A DNA stretch of 64,000 bases from Eledone cirrhosa (Eukaryota), in assembly GCA_964016885.1 (NCBI GenBank), contig OZ024747.1:31930001-31994000 (forward strand), written 5' to 3'. Below, piece by piece: positions 12,716 to 27,265 of this stretch. Position numbers and translations under genes: made by a program. How positions within the stretch are numbered: the first letter of the stretch is position 1; each line of letters opens with the position of its first letter. The notes beneath the pieces were generated by a model. The model was not told the DNA's origin and did not search any database. It worked only from the letters and a program-made list of their open reading frames with translations.

Positions 12716-13293
12716 CACATTATATGTATGTGTAGGTATACTATTAATTCTATGTATATGTTGAACTTGTGAACATATTATTTATCACTCTGTTGAAGCT
12801 AGGTATTTCCCCACCACCTTCCTTGGTTATCCCTTACTCTTTCTCATTTTTTCTCTCTATTCTCTTTCTCCTCTCCTTTTTATTCCCCTCTTTCTTCTCT
12901 CCTTTCTCTCTATTTACCTCTTTCTCCTCTCCTTTCTTTCTATTTCCCTTTCTCTTCTTTCTCTGTCTTTCCTCCTCTATCCTCACCTTTCTCCTTATTC
13001 CCCTCTATCTCTATCTCCTCTCTTTTATCTCTCTATTTCTCACTCCTCCTCTTCCTACTTCTCTTTCTCTATCTCCGTCGCCCTTTTCTCTTTTATTCTC
13101 TCCTAAAATGCATTTGATGTATCCTAAATTGTAAGGATACCCTGCCCCTGCCTACATCCTCTAAACAAATACTACTACTATCACCACCACTACTACTATT
13201 ACCATCACCAACAACACTACCACCAACACTGCAACTAATACCACTAACTACTACTACTATTTCCAACACTCCTACTACTACTATTACCACCAT

Positions 13294-13350
<57 letters not shown>

Positions 13351-13582
13351 AGATATAAATAAATGATACTATCAACAGAATCACTTTCCCTGAAGTTTGC
13401 AAAAAAAAAAAAGAAAGAAAAAGAAAAGAAATCAATATGTAGCCATCACCTACATGATCTTTTCTCTTTCTTCTTTCTTTATTATTTATTTTGTTTATAT
13501 ATTTATTTATTTGTCTTGTTTTTTTTTCTTTTATTTTCATTTATTTTGTGTGGGGTGGGGGGTGGGGTCTTTTATAATATAG

Positions 13583-13707
13583 ACACAAAAGTCAATACCT
13601 CGCATCTTGCTTCCGATAGTGGATTGTTCACTTGGAATCTGTGTAGCTTGATACTACTATCGTCAATCAAACTACGTTTTATTTCCCCTACAGTTTGGTT
13701 CAACTGA
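13583..13707 (+). CDS. Candidate terminal coding exon (TKVNTSHLASDSGLFTWNLCSLILLSSIKLRFISPTVWFN*), GPI-signal-like
   Basis: Unique-complexity island after ...ttttataatatAG. Phase-1 open frame to TGA, with a hydrophobic C-terminal stretch and several AATAAA downstream. No homology evidence. Confidence 0.3.
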
Positions 13708-14008
13708 TAATACCATCGTATTCCTTACACTGCTGCTGTGTGTCTAACATTGTATTGTATGGAAAACTGAGCAAAGAAACAACAAAATAAAATCCATTAT
13801 GGATTAAGTGTAGAAATAAAAGCATGACTCCAGAAATTTGGTGAAAAAAATAGAAAACAAGGAAATTTGACAAGTATAAAGAATAAACCCTAGAGCAGAG
13901 AAACACAATTAAAAGAATATAAAATAAAGTGAACCCTTGATTATGAATATTAATTAAAGTAACATTTTAAAAAGAAAAATATATGAATGTGTGTGTATAT
14001 ATATATAT

Positions 14009-14130
14009 AGTGGTAGAACGTTGGTGGGTTATAGCCGCAGAAGTAGAGCACTCAGTCAATGGGACTGATGAACCGTTTGGGGTGAAACAAATTGTTCTCA
14101 GAAATGGTGTATTAACTGTTGTGGAACCAC

Positions 14131-14133
<3 letters not shown>
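14009..14133. mobile_element. PLE-like mini-element in (TA)n with hammerhead core (family of 33448)
   Basis: CTGATGA-ACC-gtttgg-GGT-GAAA-CAAATTGTT at 14065-14096. The left part matches 33450-33502. Flanked by (TA)n. Confidence 0.65.
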
Positions 14134-14176
<43 letters not shown>

Positions 14177-14295
14177 ATGTGTATATATGTGTGTGCATGT
14201 GTATATATATATAAATATGTGTATATGTGTATAGGTGTGGTGTGTACATATATATGTGATTGGGTGTATGTATACATATGTGTATTATCATCATC

Positions 14296-17200
14296 ATCTG
14301 TCCCAAGCCTGAAGTCTCATCAGGCCGATGCATATCCCAGTTTCATTGACATTAAGCACCTGAAAGCATATGTCTCCCCAATTCAGGTCATGACACCAGG
14401 GCATGACACCAAGCCATGACACCAAGCCATGACACCAGGCCATGACACCAGGGCATGACACCAGGCCATGACACCGGGGCATGACACCAGGCCATGACAC
14501 CAGGCCATGACACCAGGCCATGACACCAAGCCATGACACCAGGGCATGACACCAGGCCATGACACCAGGGCATGACACCAAGCCATGACACCAAGCCATG
14601 ACACCAGGCCATGACACCAGGGCATGACACCAAGCCATGACACCAAGCCATGACACCAAGCCATGACACCAGGGCATGACACCAGGCCATGACACCAGGC
14701 CATGACACCAGGCCATGACACCAAGCCATGACACCAGGGCATGACACCAAGCCATGACACCAAGCCATGACACCAGGCCATGACACCAGGGCATGACACC
14801 AAGCCATGACACCAAGCCATGACACCAAGCCATGACACCAGGCCATGACACCAGGGCATGACACCAAGCCATGACACCAAGCCATGACACCAGGCCATGA
14901 CACCAAGCCATGACACCAGGGCATGACACCAAGCCATGACACCAGGCCATGACACCAGGGCATGACACCAGGCCATGACACCGGGGCATGACACCAGGCC
15001 ATGACACCAGGCCATGACACCAGGCCATGACACCAAGCCATGACACCAGGGCATGACACCAGGCCATGACACCAGGGCATGACACCAAGCCATGACACCA
15101 AGCCATGACACCAGGCCATGACACCAGGGCATGACACCAAGCCATGACACCAAGCCATGACACCAAGCCATGACACCAGGGCATGACACCAGGCCATGAC
15201 ACCAGGCCATGACACCAGGCCATGACACCAAGCCATGACACCAGGGCATGACACCAAGCCATGACACCAAGCCATGACACCAGGCCATGACACCAGGGCA
15301 TGACACCAAGCCATGACACCAAGCCATGACACCAAGCCATGACACCAGGCCATGACACCAGGGCATGACACCAAGCCATGACACCAAGCCATGACACCAG
15401 GCCATGACACCAAGCCATGACACCAGGGCATGACACCAAGCCATGACACCAGGCCATGACACCAAGCCATGACACCAAGCCATGACACCAGGCCATGACA
15501 CCAGGGCATGACACCAAGCCATGACACCAAGCCATGACACCAGGCCATGACACCAGGCCATGACACCAGGGCATGACACCAAGCCATGACACCAGGCCAT
15601 GATACCAGGCCATGACACCAGGCCATGACACCAAGCCATGACACCAAGCCATGACACCAAGCCATGACACCAGGCCATGACACCAAGCCATGACACCAGG
15701 GCATGACACCAAGCCATGACACCAGGGCATGACACCAGGCCATGACACCAGGCCATGACACCAAGCCATGACACCAAGCCATGACACCAGGCCATGACAC
15801 CAAGCCATGACACCAGGCCATGACACCAAGCCATGACACCAGGCCATGACACCAAGCCATGACACCAAGCCATGACACCAGGCCATGGCACCAAGCCATG
15901 ACACCAGGGCATGACACCAAGCCATGACACCAGGCCATGACACCAGGCCATGACACCAAGCCATGACACCAAGCCATGACACCAAGCCATGACACCAGGC
16001 CATGACACCAAGCCATGACACCAGGCCATGACACCAAGCCATGACACCAGGCCATGACACCAGGCCATGACACCAGGCCATGACACCAGGCCATGACACC
16101 AAGCCATGACACCAAGCCATGACACCAGGCCATGACACCAGGCCATGACACCAGGCCATGACACCAGGCCATGACACCAAGCCATGACACCAAGCCATGA
16201 CACCAAGCCATGACACCAAGCCATGACACCAGGCCATGACACCAGGCCATGACACCAAGCCATGACACCAAGCCATGACACCAGGCCATGACACCAGGGC
16301 ATGACACCAAGCCATGACACCAGGCCATGACACCAAGCCATGACACCAAGCCATGACACCAGGGCATGACACCAAGCCATGACACCAGGCCATGACACCA
16401 AGCCATGACACCAGGCCATGACACCAAGCCATGACACCAGGCCATGACACCAGGCCATGACACCAGGCCATGACACCAGGCCATGACACCAAGCCATGAC
16501 ACCAAGCCATGACACCAAGCCATGACACCAAGCCATGACACCAGGCCATGACACCAGGCCATGACACCAGGCCATGACACCAGGCCATGACACCAAGCCA
16601 TGACACCAAGCCATGACACCAGGCCATGACACCAAGCCATGACACCAGGCCATGACACCAAGCCATGACACCAAGCCATGACACCAAGCCATGACACCAA
16701 GCCATGACACCAGGGCATGACACCAAGCCATGACACCAGGCCATGACACCAGGCCATGACACCAGGCCATGACACCAAGCCATGACACCAGGCCATGACA
16801 CCAGGCCATGACACCAGGGCATGACACCAAGCCATGACACCAGGCCATGACACCAGGGCATGACACCAAGCCATGACACCAGGCCATGACACCAAGCCAT
16901 GACACCAGGCCATGACACCAGGGCATGACACCAAGCCATGACACCAGGCCATGACACCAGGGCATGACACCAAGCCATGACACCAGGCCATGACACCAGG
17001 GCATGACACCAAGCCATGACACCAGGCCATGACACCAAGCCATGACACCAGGCCATGACACCAAGCCATGACACCAAGCCATGACACCAAGCCATGACAC
17101 CAGGCCATGACACCAAGCCATGACACCAGGGCATGACACCAGGCCATGACACCAAGCCATGACACCAGGCCATGACACCAAGCCATGACACCAGGCCATG

Positions 17201-20200
17201 ACACCAGGCCATGACACCAAGCCATGACACCAAGCCATGACACCAGGCCATGACACCAAGCCATGACACCAAGCCATGACACCAAGCCATGACACCAAGC
17301 CATGACACCAAGCCATGACACCAAGCCATGACACCAGGCCATGACACCAGGCCATGACACCAGGCCATAACACCAGGCCATGACACCAAGCCATGACACC
17401 AAGCCATGACACCAAGCCATGACACCAAGCCATGACACCAAGCCATGACACCAAGCCATAACACCAGGCCATGACACCAAGCCATGACACCAAGCCATGA
17501 CACCAGGCCATGACACCAGGCCATGACACCAGGCCATGACACCAGGGCATGACACCAAGCCATGACACCAGGCCATGACACCAAGCCATGACACCAGGCC
17601 ATGACACCAGGGCATGACACCAAGCCATGACACCAAGCCATGACACCAGGCCATGACACCAAGCCATGACACCAGGCCATGACACCAAGCCATGACACCA
17701 GGCCATGACACCAAGCCATGACACCAGGCCATGATACCAAGCCATGACACCAGGCCATGACACCAAGCCATGACACCAAGCCATGACACCAGGCCATGAC
17801 ACCAAGCCATGACACCAGGCCATGACACCAGGCCATGATACCAAGCCATGACACCAGGCCATGATACCAAGCCATGACACCAGGCCATGACACCAAGCCA
17901 TGACACCAAGCCATGACACCAGGCCATGACACCAAGCCATGACACCAGGCCATGACACCAGGCCATGATACCAAGCCATGACACCAGGCCATGACACCAA
18001 GCCATGACACCAGGGCATGACACCAAGCCATGACACCAAGCCATGACACCAGGCCATGACACCAAGCCATGACACCAAGCCATGACACCAAGCCATGACA
18101 CCAAGCCATGACACCAGGCCATGACACCAAGCCATGACACCAGGCCATGACACCAGGCCATGACACCAGGCCATGACACCAGGCCATGACACCAAGCCAT
18201 GACACCAAGACATGACACCAAGCCATGACACCAGGCCATGACACCAGGCCATGACACCAGGCCATGACACCAAGCCATGACACCAGGCCATGACACCAAG
18301 CCATGACACCAGGCCATGACACCAAGCCATGACACCAGGCCATGACACCAGGCCATGACACCAAGCCATGACACCAGGCCATGACACCAGGCCATGACAC
18401 CAGGGCATGACACCAAGCCATGACACCAGGCCATGACACCAAGCCATGACACCAGGCCATGACACCAAGCCATGACACCAAGCCATGACACCAGGCCATG
18501 GCACCAAGCCATGACACCAGGCCATGACACCAGGCCATGACACCAGGCCATGACACCAGGCCATGACACCAGGGCATGACACCAAGCCATGACACCAGGC
18601 CATGACACCAGGCCATGACACCAGGGCATGACACCAAGCCATGACACCAGGCCATGACACCAAGCCATGACACCAGGCCATGACACCAGGCCATGACACC
18701 AAGCCATGACACCAGGCCATGACACCAAGCCATGACACCAGGCCATGACACCAAGCCATGACACCAAGCCATGACACCAGGCCATGGCACCAAGCCATGA
18801 CACCAGGGCATGACACCAAGCCATGACACCAGGCCATGACACTAAGCCATGACACCAAGCCATGACACCAAGCCATGACACCAAGCCATGACACCAGGCC
18901 ATGACACCAGGCCATGGCACCAAGCCATGACACCAGGCCATGACACCAAGCCATGACACCAAGCCATGACACCAGGCCATGACACCAAGCCATGACACCA
19001 AGCCATGACACCAGGCCATGGCACCAAGCCATGACACCAGGGCATGACACCAAGCCATGACACCAGGCCATGACACCAAGCCATGACACCAGGCCATGAC
19101 ACCAGGCCATGACACCAAGCCATGACACCAGGCCATGACACCAAGCCATGACACCAAGCCATGACACCAGGCCATGACACCAGGGCATGACACCAAGCCA
19201 TGACACCAGGCCATGACACCAAGCCATGACACCAAGCCATGACACCAGGCCATGACACCAGGCCATGACACCAGGCCATGACACCAGGCCATGACACCAA
19301 GCCATGACACCAAGCCATGACACCAGGCCATGACACCAAGCCATGACACCAGGCCATGACACCAGGCCATGGCACCAAGCCATGACACCAGGCCATGACA
19401 CCAGGCCATGACACCAAGCCATGACACCAGGCCATGACACCAGGCCATGACACCAGGCCATGACACCAAGCCATGACACCAGGCCATGACACCAAGCCAT
19501 GACACCAAGCCATGACACCAGGCCATGACACCAAGCCATGACACCAAGCCATGACACCAGGCCATGACACCAAGCCATGACACCAGGCCATGACACCAGG
19601 CCATGACACCAAGCCATGACACCAGGCCATGACACCAAGCCATGACACCAGGCCATGACACCAGGCCATGACACCAAGCCATGACACCAGGCCATGACAC
19701 CAAGCCATGACACCAGGCCATGACACCAAGCCATGACACCAAGCCATGACACCAAGCCATGACACCAGGCCATGACACCAGGCCATGACACCAGGGCATG
19801 ACACCAAGCCATGACACCAAGCCATGACACCAGGCCATGACACCAGGCCATGACACCAGGCCATAACACCAGGCCATGACACCAAGCCATGACACCAAGC
19901 CATGACACCAAGCCATGACACCAGGCCATAACACCAAGCCATGACACCAAGCCATGACACCAGGCCATGACACCAGGCCATGGCACCAAGCCATGACACC
20001 AGGCCATGACACCAAGCCATGACACCAAGCCATGACACCAAGCCATGACACCAGGCCATGACACCAAGCCATGACACCAAGCCATGACACCAGGCCATGA
20101 CACCAGGCCATGACACCAGGCCATGACACCAGGGCATGACACCAGGCCATGACACCAGGGCATGACACCAGGCCATGACACCAGGGCATGACACCAGGCC

Positions 20201-23200
20201 ATGACACCAGGGCATGACACCAAGCCATGACACCAGGCCATGACACCAAGCCATGACACCAAGCCATGACACCAGGCCATGACACCAGGCCATGACACCA
20301 GGGCATGACACCAGGCCATGACACCAGGGCATGACACCAGGCCATGACACCAGGGCATGACACCAGGCCATGACACCAGGGCATGACACCAGGCCATGAC
20401 ACCAGGGCATGACACCAAGCCATGACACCAGGCCATGACACCAAGCCATGACACCAGGCCATGACACCAGGCCATGACACCAGGCCATGACACCAGGCCA
20501 TAACACCAGGCCATGACACCAAGCCATGACACCAAGCCATGACACCAAGCCATGACACCAAGCCATGACACCAGGGCATGACACCAAGCCATGACACCAA
20601 GCCATGACACCAGGCCATGACACCAAGCCATGACACCAAGCCATGACACCAGGCCATGACACCAAGCCATGACTCCAGGCCATGACACCAGGCCATGACA
20701 CCAGGCCATGACACCAAGCCATGACACCAAGCCATGACACCAGGCCATGACACCAAGCCATGACACCAAGCCATGACACCAAGCCATGACACCAGGCCAT
20801 GACACCAGGGCATGACACCAAGCCATGACACCAGGCCATGACACCAGGCCATGACACCAAGCCATGACACCAAGCCATGACACCAGGCCATGACACCAGG
20901 CCATGACACCAGGCCATGACACCAAGCCATGACACCAGGCCATGACACCAGGCCATGACACCAGGCCATGACACCAAGCCATGACACCAAGCCATGACAC
21001 CAGGCCATGACACCAGGCCATGACACCAAGCCATGACACCAGGCCATGACACCAGGCCATGACACCAGGCCATGACACCAGGCCATGACACCAAGCCATG
21101 ACACCAAGCCATGACACCAGGCCATGACACCAGGCCATGACACCAGGCCATGACACCAAGCCATGACACCAAGCCATGACACCAGGCCATGACACCAGGC
21201 CATGATACCAGGCCATGACACCAAGCCATGACACCAAGCCATGACACCAAGCCATGACACCAGGGCATGACACCAAGCCATGACACCAAGCCATGACACC
21301 AGGCCATGACACCAGGCCATTACACCAGGCCATAACACCAGGCCATGACACCAAGCCATGACACCAAGCCATGACACCAAGCCATGACACCAAGCCATGA
21401 CACCAAGCCATGACACCAAGCCATAACACCAGGCCATGACACCAAGCCATGACACCAAGCCATGACACCAGGCCATGACACCAGGCCATGACACCAGGGC
21501 ATGACACCAGGCCATGACACCAGGCCATGAGACCAAGCCATGACACCAGGCCATGACACCAGGGCATGACACCAAGCCATGACACCAGGCCATGACACCA
21601 AGCCATGACACCAGGCCATGACACCAAGCCATGACACCAGGCCATGACACCAAGCCATGACACCAGGCCATAACACCAGGCCATGACACCAGGCCATGAC
21701 ACCAGGCCATGACACCAAGCCATGACACCAAGCCATGACACCAAGCCATGACACCAGGCCATGACACCAAGCCATGACACCAAGCCATGACACCAGGCCA
21801 TGACACCAGGCCATGACACCAAGCCATGACACCAGGCCATGACACCAAGCCATGACACCAGGCCATGACACCAAGCCATGACACCAGGCCATGACACCAA
21901 GCCATGACACCAGGCCATGACACCAAGCCATGACACCAAGCCATGACACCAGGCCATGACACCAAGCCATGACACCAAGCCATGACACCAGGCCATGACA
22001 CCAAGCCATGACACCAAGCCATGACACCAGGCCATGACACCAAGCCATGACACCAAGCCATGACACCAGGCCATGACACCAAGCCATGACACCAAGCCAT
22101 GACACCAAGCCATGACACCAGGCCATGACACCAAGCCATGACACCAGGCCATGACACCAAGCCATGACACCAAGCCATGACACCAGGCCATGACACCAAG
22201 CCATGACACCAAGCCATGACACCAGGCCATGACACCAAGCCATGACACCAAGCCATGACACCAGGCCATGACACCAAGCCATGACACCAAGCCATGACAC
22301 CAAGCCATGACACCAGGCCATGGCACCAAGCCATGACACCAGGGCATGACACCAAGCCATGACACCAGGCCATGACACCAAGCCATGACACCAAGCCATG
22401 ACACCAAGCCATGACACCAAGCCATGACACCAGGCCATGACACCAGGCCATGACACCAGGCCATGGCACCAAGCCATGACACCAGGCCATGACACCAGGC
22501 CATGATACCAGGCCATGATACCAGGCCATGACACCAAGCCATAACACCAAGCCATGACACCAAGCCATGACACCAAGCCATGACACCAAGCCATGACATC
22601 AAGCCATGACACCAAGCCATGACACCAGGCCATGACACCAGGCCATGATACCAGGCCATGATACCAAGCCATAACACCAAGCCATGACACCAAGCCATGA
22701 CACCAAGCCATGACACCAGGGCATGACACCAAGCCATGACACCTGGCCATGATACCAGGCCATGACACCAGGCCATGACACCAGGCCATGACACTAGGCC
22801 ATGACACCAAGCCATGACTCCAGGCCATGACACCAAGCCATGACACCAGGCCATGACACCAGGGCATGACACCAAGCCATGACACCAAGCCATGATACCA
22901 GGCCATGACACCAGGCCATGACACCAAGCCATGACACCAAGCCATGACATCAAGCCATGACACCAAGCCATGACACCAGGCCATGACACCAGGCCATGGC
23001 ACCAAGCCATGACACCAGGCCATGACACCAGGGCATGACACCAAGCCATGACACCAAGCCATGACACCAGGCCATGACACCAGGCCATGACACCAGGCCA
23101 TGACACCAGGCCATGATACCAGGCCATGACACCAGGGCATGACACCAGGCCACGACACCAGACCATGACAAACTTAACCCCAGTTGGTATTTGTTTGCAA

Positions 23201-23247
23201 CTGAGTGTAATGGAGTATTGAGCAATGAAGAGTTTATATGCACAGAC
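14296..23247 (-). mobile_element. SINE split by the 13-bp minisatellite
   Basis: The left flank (TCTGTCCCAAGCC...CTCATCAGGCCGATGCATATCCCAGTTTC) and right flank (TTAACCCCAG..GGTATTTG..CAACTGAGTG..TGGAG) are consecutive parts of the reverse complement of the SINE at 32545-32825. Confidence 0.75.
14387..23170. repeat. 13-bp minisatellite array, ~675 units (G[C/G]CATGACACCA[A/G])
   Basis: Uninterrupted 13-bp periodicity over ~8.8 kb, with three main interspersed variants and rare point variants. Confidence 0.99.
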
Positions 23248-23961
23248 ACACACACATGTAGACATCTCACTCATGTTGGAGGAAATCCTCCCTGGCTGGT
23301 CACCACTTTCTGTTTGGTCATGTCTTCAGGGGTGTAGCCAAACTCACCATGCTTGGCCAATTGAAGCTTGATGAAGTTATTTAACCTATAGTTGGGGTAG
23401 ATGGTCATTGACTCCGAGGAATTCATCTACCTTGCACACACATATACATATATATAAAAAAGAACCCTTTTGGTCACATGTCCAGGCAAGGTTGTGTGTA
23501 GAAGACCAGCAGTCACCCTTGCCCACCGGTCTCCTCTCTCCGCACCATTGGAAAGGCAGTGACCAATACAGTCTGGCACCAGTGACGTCACAACTCATTT
23601 CTACAGCTGAGTAAACTGAAGTGTTCAAATGGTATTTACAACTGTTTTATTAGAATTTATACAGTAAACTCCATCTGAGCTCTTGGATTATTACTTATGA
23701 TCTGTGACCTTATACAAGTACAATATTTTCAATTAATTGCTAAATATATTTTATCTTGGATGAATCATTTCATTCTATTTGTGGATTGTAGAAACACATT
23801 GGATTTGAAATTTTCTTGGCATTTTTTAACCAAGTTTCATCTCTCAACTCATTTCTCTTGTTTATATATACATATATATAATGATATATCTGTATGTAGT
23901 TGACAGCCGAGGGAAAAGTGTACTCAATACCAATGTAGAGTTTAAATATTCCTTTTAATAA

Positions 23962-24182
23962 GCCTTTAGCATTTACATTACTCTATATATACTATTGCAT
24001 TTTCATGGTAAAGGTTTTACCTCATATAGTATCTCACATAATATGAAATCTATGAGATATTGCTTTTATTTATTTTGGAGAACAATACCTTAACATAAGT
24101 ATGAGTGGCCAGTTACAGCCAGTTTGAACAGAAAGTGGTGAGAGAATTCTGGCCGGATATGGCTGGTTTAAATGCTAAAGGG
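23962..24182. mobile_element. TTAA-type (piggyBac-like) MITE
   Basis: Ends (G)CCTTTAGCATTT...AAATGCTAAAGGG followed by TTAA. Homologous to 58796-58999. Confidence 0.75.
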
Positions 24183-25081
24183 TTAAGGCTAAATAGTGAG
24201 TTTTGTTACTCTGAAAATTCGCCTGCTTCTCACAGGGTCATCAGACACTATATATTTATATGTATATGTTTATGTGGTAAAATATCAGTGGATGTGAAAA
24301 AGAGAAACAGTGCTCACTTAGGTATGAGAGCTGATATATTATATTATAACACATCATCAAATGTGGGACTGGGACAACATTACCACCACAATCTTAGCTA
24401 CCAAACCCAGTATAGACACGCTGAGAATTAAGGAAGCCCTTTTAATCAAGCAATTAAAACCTAGGATCAATAATCAAATGGAAAGAAGTGCACCAGAATG
24501 GCTAATTTAAAAGCCTGTATTCCAACATCCCAATGGCCAGTTTCATTCTTTCTTTCAAATTAAATCTGTCTTCACTAGTCAAACACACTTAGACTCACAC
24601 ACACATACATATATCACACACATAATTTTCCCATTTTCTTATATACATATTCACACACACCTTTCACTACATAAACTTACATTCATGCACACACATACAA
24701 ACATCCCATTAAGCACACTTACATTCACGCACACACATACAAACATCCCATTAAGCACACTTACATTCACACACACATGCATATATCATACATTTCACAA
24801 TGTACACGTTCAAAATTTTAACATATTTTCATTTCATTTAACTTAAATCTACTCCAATCAAGAAAGTCAACTCTGATTGATCTCTTAAGTTTCTTAGGGT
24901 TACTCCCTTGATAATGCGTTTTTAAACCCAAAAATATTTGGGATCATTAAATTTGCTAAGGTAAGATTCTTTTGTTATCTTAGCAATTTAATTTTGTTTC
25001 TAATGCATTGTTTGGTTTTCAAAATTATTTAAATTTGTCTTTCCTATTCAACAATGCTTCAAGCAAGCTACAAGACTCTGG

Positions 25082-25231
25082 TATATTATTTATGTATGTT
25101 CATGTATGGAACAAAAGCACTACCTTGGTCACAACATTGATCACTATTATAATCTGGGGAAATGGTCAAACATGGGCCTGAAACCACAGGTAGCACTTTT
25201 GTTCCATGAATGAACACAAATAAATAATATA
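25082..25231. repeat. Short imperfect inverted repeat (~43-bp arms)
   Basis: TATATTATTTATGTATGTTCAT..ATGGAACAAAAGCACTACCT versus AGGTAGCACTTTTGTTCCAT..ATGAACACAAATAAATAATATA. Confidence 0.7.
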
Positions 25232-26174
25232 ATATAATGTGTGTGTGTGTGTGTAATAAATCTGTATATAGGAAAAGGTATGACCCCGACAGCAGAGCTC
25301 AAGCCGTTTTGATGGCTATTATATATATATACATATATGTGTGTGTGTGTGTGTGCATGTTAAGTAGCCAGATATATACACAATAGAAGTAATAGAGACT
25401 GAATATATGTCTATATCAATTTACACAGGTTTACTATATAGAATTGTAAACATGCCATATATGAATTTCTCTTTGAATTGAGAAAATGACAAATAGCTTT
25501 AACCTCACACTAATTGGGCTTTCATCAGAAGCCCTGGATATCATTTAAACAACCACAGTCAAACATGCATGTTTACATGTCAATACACTAAAAATTCTTC
25601 ATATTAACTATACTATTTTCTTATCTGTTCAAACCGTAAGATACTGGTAGAATGATCAGCCTTTGTCTAGTCGTATAACATTTCACTGCTACTAGATCCC
25701 TTCAGAAGCAAAGAGGTATTTAAATTAGCTAGTTCAATTGGTGATCAGAGGACATATGCCTGCTGATGATTATGTAACCAGTTTGAATTGCCTATGCAAT
25801 TGCTATTGATGTGCAGTTGCAATTACAACTGCGCAGTTTTCCTGTTTATTTGTTCTTATTGTTATCTGCTGTTTGAAGCCTATATGTTGTCTATGTTGAG
25901 TTTGATATGTTGTGTACTTGAGGAAGATGCTTTATTTCCCACTGCTCCAGGACACTCAGCAGGCAAAATGAGTTGTACCTCTAATTCAAGAGGGGCAGCC
26001 TTGTCATATTGAATTTCCCTGAGGTCTATGTTAAGGAGTGCCTGTATCTGTGAAATGGTCAACCAATTACACGTTAATTCCATGAGCAGGTAGTTCCATT
26101 GATTGAATCAACTGGAGCAATTGTTGAAAATGACAGAGGTCCAACAACACACACAGCAATATATATATATATAA

Positions 26175-26330
26175 TCTTCTTACACCACCTTCTAATTCTC
26201 TTTCTTTCTTCTGATGAAGGACTAGTTTCCAAAACGTTAAGAACCTCTTCCTGCTATTTCAAGCGTTATCCTAATATATTCCTTCCATATATTGTACTGA
26301 TTGTGTTGTTATTTCTGTTTACCTTTTACA
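26175..26330 (+). mobile_element. PLE-like terminus with minimal hammerhead (26206-26243, G12 mutated)
   Basis: TTCTT-CTGATGA-AGGACTAGTTTCC-AAAACGTT-AAGAA. Stem I TTCTT/AAGAA pairs. Lies between TA tracts. Confidence 0.65.
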
Positions 26331-26489
26331 TACATATATATATCAATGCTTACATGGACCTCTCAAAATCGTTGCATTTTTAAATTGGAATTTCACCCTG
26401 AAACTGGATATACACCCAGAGTTTACCTGAACATCCACCAAGAAATCTTTTTGTATCAATGAAATTTTCTTTGCTTCTTGCATTATTAT

Positions 26490-26970
26490 GCAATGCGTAT
26501 GAAGGATGCCAGCTGCATAAAAAGGTGCAGAGCACTAAAAGTCGATGGAAGCCTTGGAGTTGGGAGACCCAAGAAGACCTGGGATGAGGTGATAAAAGCT
26601 GATCTTGCCCAATTGCATCTCTCAAAAGTGATGGCACAGGACTGAGACCTCTGGCGTTACACAGTAATACAGAAGACCCGACTTCCCATGGGTACAAGCC
26701 AAAGCTGAAGCATATAGACAGTATGCCCCCACCCCCTCCCACTGTAAAGTGGTCATGTAGGCACCACCATAAAAAAAATCACCCAGTACTCACTGTAAAT
26801 GAAGTTGGTGTTAGGAAGAGTATCCAGCTGTAGAAACCAAGCCAAAATCAATCCTTTATGAGCAAGGCACGGACACCTGACCTGGCATTGCCCACAACAG
26901 GACAACCTGTCTAATCCATGCTAGCATGGCAGAATAGATGTAAAACGGTGATGAGGATGATGATGATGAT
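26490..26970 (+). mobile_element. RTE-clade LINE 3' end with long 3' UTR
   Basis: Translates MRMKDASCIKRCRALKVDGSLGVGRPKKTWDEVIKADL. The UTR contains GTTGGTGTTAGGAAGAGTATCCAGCTGTAGAAAC and ends in (GAT)n. Confidence 0.85.
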
Positions 26971-26983
26971 ATATATATATATT

Positions 26984-27265
<282 letters not shown>

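Noticed and set aside
13599-13766. 168-bp minus-strand coding exon (…GIRWYYQLNQTVGEIK…)
   Set aside because: In-frame TAA at codon 14 and stops in the other frames. It also overlaps a competing plus-strand candidate.
14387-23170. CRISPR-like array
   Set aside because: No unique spacers, no cas genes, and a eukaryotic context.
14294-23274. Giant minus-strand ORFs (2963, 2733, 1511 aa; WLGVMAWCHGLVS repeats)
   Set aside because: A stop-free 13-bp unit gives the same peptide in all three frames. Variants are not frame-constrained, and the array lies inside a SINE.
25485-25540. Minus-strand CTGATGAAAGCC... hammerhead
   Set aside because: GAAA is missing and stem I does not pair. At best an old remnant.
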